Both the position numbers and the translations under genes were made by a program. Under the pieces are notes generated by a model, which saw nothing but the letters and a program-made list of their open reading frames with translations, was not told where the DNA came from and did not search any database. DNA of 64,000 bases, taken from an uncultured bacterium (GTDB lineage: Bacteria; Babelota; Babeliae; Babelales; Babelaceae). This document shows, one piece after another, positions 60,473-64,000 of this stretch (positions within the stretch are counted from its first letter, which is position 1; the number at the start of each line of letters is the position of its first letter). The stretch spans positions 160,001-224,000 of the forward strand of contig CAVRKK010000002.1 in the NCBI GenBank assembly GCA_963722385.1, written 5' to 3'.

Positions 60473-61795
60473 ATGCGCTCACCGTGTTTACGATTACTCG
60501 TCCTTGGTGCAAGCCTTACGTGTCTGCAGGCAAATACTCTTACTGCTGCTATAAAAGAAATCGTAGGGGCACCTCTTTATTTCGCCTTAGGCCATTATAC
60601 GAATAAAGCAAGCAAAAAAGCAGGAAATTGGACAACACATGATCTCCTTGGTATCAAGCAATCTCCTGCCAATAAAATCTTAGCGCTTGACTTCAAGTTT
60701 CTTTTTAACGAATTTGGAAGAGAATTTTTGGCGAGCAACCCATTGCCCTCAGCCCTCACTTTTCCTCCTATCAAAGGACCTCTCATCCTTGCGCCTGCAC
60801 GCATGAACGCTTATGAGGCCGGAATTAAGTATCTGACCATTATTGAGCTTTTTAGCAAGGTTGGCGAAGCATGGATTGAATGGGAAAAAATGCACGGATT
60901 ACTTCCACAGAATAGCACCGTCAAAAGTTTGCCGCTCAAAAATGGAACGGTTGCTGGATCGCTATCACAGCTTCCTGAAGATATAAAAGCGTGGGCAGTT
61001 GATTACTACGTAAATACCCCGGTAGAATATATGGAAAATCTTCCGGATCAATTGCACTACCGGTTTTCTGAATTGGCAAAGGACCAGCAATCAGCCACCA
61101 TCGCGCTTGGCTATTTTTTAACAGCGCTGGGAACAACGGTGCTCACGCGAATGTTCGGTAAAACCTCATGCAATGCCCTAAACCAAAAGTGTGGTTTTAA
61201 CCTTGGTGAAAATACACCCTATAAGCTAACAAGAAGCTTTATTTCAACATTTATTGGCTTTGCCACATCATATTTTATAATGCCATATAATATATATTGG
61301 CTTGAGGAGTTATCAGATTATTTAGGCTATTATGACCCGAACGCTACAAAGCTCAATCACGCATCATACGTTGCTGCGTTCAAAGCACCGTTTGCCTGGG
61401 AAGGTGTGCGTCAACAAGCAATCGCCATTGCCAGCTTGGTAACCGCGATTGCTTTACAGATATCTAATGGCAACCAAAATGTAATCACCCATCCTGCATC
61501 ACTGGTTAAGGCAATCCTTGCGGTAACCGTAGCTGTTGCCGCTTCGAGTGAGTACTATTTTGCTCCCGGTATTGTCAGTGATAATGCAAGCAAAGCTTGG
61601 AACAAATTGATAGATGTTGCACTTCCTTCCTGGATAGGCTTTCTCAGTTTTTTGATCGCTCAGCTTGAGGAATCAGACGAGCAAGCTGAAATATTGTTTG
61701 CGCATAGCAACAATACCCATGATACACAAGGTGACCAACGCGAGGAACAAAGTCATCGTGATCAAAATGACCCCGCTCTCAAAGATGAGCTTTAG
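60473..61795 (+). CDS. Hypothetical exported/membrane protein ending in KDEL; paralog of 62452-63510
   Basis: AAAGGAAG RBS, signal peptide, hydrophobic segments, polar tail, AAA GAT GAG CTT TAG. Confidence 0.8.
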   Translation: MRSPCLRLLVLGASLTCLQANTLTAAIKEIVGAPLYFALGHYTNKASKKAGNWTTHDLLGIKQSPANKILALDFKFLFNEFGREFLASNPLPSALTFPPIKGPLILAPARMNAYEAGIKYLTIIELFSKVGEAWIEWEKMHGLLPQNSTVKSLPLKNGTVAGSLSQLPEDIKAWAVDYYVNTPVEYMENLPDQLHYRFSELAKDQQSATIALGYFLTALGTTVLTRMFGKTSCNALNQKCGFNLGENTPYKLTRSFISTFIGFATSYFIMPYNIYWLEELSDYLGYYDPNATKLNHASYVAAFKAPFAWEGVRQQAIAIASLVTAIALQISNGNQNVITHPASLVKAILAVTVAVAASSEYYFAPGIVSDNASKAWNKLIDVALPSWIGFLSFLIAQLEESDEQAEILFAHSNNTHDTQGDQREEQSHRDQNDPALKDEL

Positions 61796-61825
61796 TCCCT
61801 CGATCATAGACGAGTTAATGTGCTC

Positions 61826-61856
61826 TACGGGGCAAGCAGGCTCTGCTTGCCCCGTA
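61826..61856. terminator. Perfect 14-bp hairpin between convergent genes
   Basis: TACGGGGCAAGCAG-GCT-CTGCTTGCCCCGTA. Confidence 0.7.
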
Positions 61857-61857
61857 C

Positions 61858-62298
61858 TTACTCAATTTTTTCTATTAACGATAAGCGTGCTGCATAATGA
61901 TTCTTTTTAAATTGGCACGTAAGCGCTTGACTGAAAATCCTATATGCCTCTTCATAAGTAAGATAATCGGCAGGGAAGACAAGAATATTCGCATTATCAT
62001 CTTGCCGAGATGCACATGCTATAGAGACATCCCATACGACAGCCGCATAAACACCGCTAAAGCGATTAGCCGCCATAGCCATACCAGAGCCCGTACCACA
62101 CATCAAAACGCCCATATCGGCAGCGCCACTTTGAAGAGCCCGAGCCACCGCCTGGGCAAAGATAGGGTAGTCAACACGCTCATCGCTCATCGTTCCCTTG
62201 TCGAGCCATTCGAATAAGATAGCTCCATCAGACGTGTGCTTTTTAAAAAATTCTTTCATGCCAAAGCCACGATGGTCGGCACCAATAGCAATAATCAT
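61858..62298 (-). CDS. rpiB: Ribose-5-phosphate isomerase B
   Basis: IGADHRG, VDYP, CGTGSGM..AANR, DDNANIL. Confidence 0.93.
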   Translation of the reverse strand: MIIAIGADHRGFGMKEFFKKHTSDGAILFEWLDKGTMSDERVDYPIFAQAVARALQSGAADMGVLMCGTGSGMAMAANRFSGVYAAVVWDVSIACASRQDDNANILVFPADYLTYEEAYRIFSQALTCQFKKNHYAARLSLIEKIE

Positions 62299-62451
62299 AT
62301 AAAACCTTCGCGTAAATAGTATTTAAAAGCTTATAATAACTTGATCACAATTTTAAAGCTTTGATCATGCAGGCTTGGACTTTTGTTTACACACGCGTTA
62401 AAAAATGTGATAGGATATTCAAGCTTATCCGATATAGAGCAAAGGAACATA

Positions 62452-63510
62452 ATGAAAAACTACTTCTTGGCGATTGTAATAGCTCTCGGCATGCAAGTAT
62501 ATACCCCAACTTTTGGCATGGCCGCTATCCAAGACCTTGGCAGCGCCCTTGTCTACTGGAATGCAGGCAACGCAGCGAACTGGCTGAGCGCCGAATTTGG
62601 TAATTATACCGCCACCGAAATATTCCAAGTCAAGGGCCTAAAGCACCACTTCTCACGACTGAACGTCAAAAATATCTATAACGCGCTCTTTAGGCACTTG
62701 CTTGCCCTGCGATTCGGCTTGTTGCCCAAGGCTATAGCAGAACCCACAAAAACGTTGGAATTTTTCTGTTACGAATCCGGTCGGCAATGGCTCACTTTTT
62801 ACGAATTTTTAAAATCAGGCCATCAGCTGGGCACCCATTTTTTTGAGCTTCATGATGCCGACTATAGACGTAGCCTCGCTCTGCCAAAAGAGCCTTGTGA
62901 TGCTTTGATTGAGGAGCAGGGCGGCGGATGCTCGATGCAAGAAAATAGCTTCAAAGATTTTATAGAACAACTGCCTAGCGGTTCGATCACTTTGGAGGTT
63001 CTCGAGGAAATACATATGCTGACGGTCGCCAGCCTCTACTTTGGCGTTGGTTATGCGGTGGCATATCTGGGCAGAGCATTGGCAGAATCATTCCGGCAGA
63101 TAGCAACGAGCCGCGGCGTACATTACATGGAAAAAGAGCCGACTAAAAAAATTACCGAAACAACGCTCAGCGTTACCTTCGCTCAATTCCTCAAGCCCTT
63201 AGTATTTCACCACCTGCACGAGGGGCTCTCGTTTTTTTACTTATATGACGATCGTTATATCAAACTCAACGAACTCGCTTATCGAACCGGCGACAAATTT
63301 TTGTGGGCTCAACAATGGCTTGTTGATACCAAAGAAGTGGCAAAGAGGGTTTGGACGGGTCAACCGATCAAAATTCTTTCAACCAACACCGCTACCAATC
63401 ATGGCACAGCAGGTCCACTAACAAGCGCTCTTGTTGAGGATTATGGTCAAAACCAGCTCATTGTCGAAAGCATAGTACAACCTGATATTGAAAAATTAAA
63501 AAAACAATAA
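62452..63510 (+). CDS. Hypothetical exported protein, paralog of 60473-61795
   Basis: AAAGGAA RBS, signal peptide; YESG..LT..E and YD..KLN..Y segments are shared. Confidence 0.7.
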   Translation: MKNYFLAIVIALGMQVYTPTFGMAAIQDLGSALVYWNAGNAANWLSAEFGNYTATEIFQVKGLKHHFSRLNVKNIYNALFRHLLALRFGLLPKAIAEPTKTLEFFCYESGRQWLTFYEFLKSGHQLGTHFFELHDADYRRSLALPKEPCDALIEEQGGGCSMQENSFKDFIEQLPSGSITLEVLEEIHMLTVASLYFGVGYAVAYLGRALAESFRQIATSRGVHYMEKEPTKKITETTLSVTFAQFLKPLVFHHLHEGLSFFYLYDDRYIKLNELAYRTGDKFLWAQQWLVDTKEVAKRVWTGQPIKILSTNTATNHGTAGPLTSALVEDYGQNQLIVESIVQPDIEKLKKQ

Positions 63511-64000
63511 TGTGGACACTCTTATTACTAGCACGCCGCTTTTTATGGGGTACAAGGGAAAAGAGTATTGCCGTGATGACGGGTATTTGCTTTATGAGCA
63601 TAATTCTCGGATCATGTGCCCTTGCGCTTGTTGCCGCGGTAATGAGCGGCATTGAAAAAGAGACGCGGGCGGTTGTTCAGGGAATCAACCCAGACCTTAT
63701 CATGCTTGGCGAGGGCAAGCCGCTCAATTATCCAAAGATTCAAGAATTTATCGCTAAAAATTATCATGATTCTATTGATGGTATCAGTCCGAGCATGCAA
63801 GGTCACGCGTGTATAAAAGCCCCTGATATCAATGCGATAGCAGCGCTTGTAATGCTCACGGCAATCGACCCCGACACCGAGCAGTCTGTCAGCAAGCTTC
63901 CCCTGCTGATTAAACAGCCAAAAGCAGCGTCCTTGGGAGCTGTGCTCGAAAACGATCAGCTCTTAATCGGACAGTCGCTTGCCTCTCTGCTGGGAGCCAA
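63510..64000 (+). CDS. LolC/E-like (MacB/FtsX) ABC permease, 5' part running off the window
   Basis: MWTLLLLARRFLWG..MSIILGSCALALVAAVMSGIEKE..LTAIDP; TAATG overlap with the upstream stop. Confidence 0.8.
   Translation, partial: MWTLLLLARRFLWGTREKSIAVMTGICFMSIILGSCALALVAAVMSGIEKETRAVVQGINPDLIMLGEGKPLNYPKIQEFIAKNYHDSIDGISPSMQGHACIKAPDINAIAALVMLTAIDPDTEQSVSKLPLLIKQPKAASLGAVLENDQLLIGQSLASLLGA

Overview
Bacterial chromosomal window. Many cytosolic-type enzymes, ankyrin, LRR and beta-propeller proteins carry N-terminal signal peptides, which suggests an intracellular, host-associated bacterium such as Candidatus Dependentiae/Babelota (inference only). Core genes include an M3 peptidase, uvrB, a BamA/TamA-like Omp85, potABCD, metG, a trxB-trx fusion, rpiB and a LolC/E-like permease. 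They are interleaved with accessory islands. Main highlights: (1) at 4.5-19 kb, an apparently exported RavA/MoxR AAA+ ATPase, an exported transglutaminase-VWA fusion and an array of FGE-sulfatase(C-lectin fold)+LRR paralogs (3 intact, 1 broken, 1 relic) that shows duplication and shuffling; (2) two unrelated signal-peptide proteins that both end in the eukaryotic ER-retrieval signal KDEL; (3) a ~215-bp non-autonomous IS200/IS605-type element that appears to keep a TnpB omega-RNA-like right end. No rRNA, tRNA, CRISPR array or reverse transcriptase was seen. All calls are from motif reading; no database searches were run.
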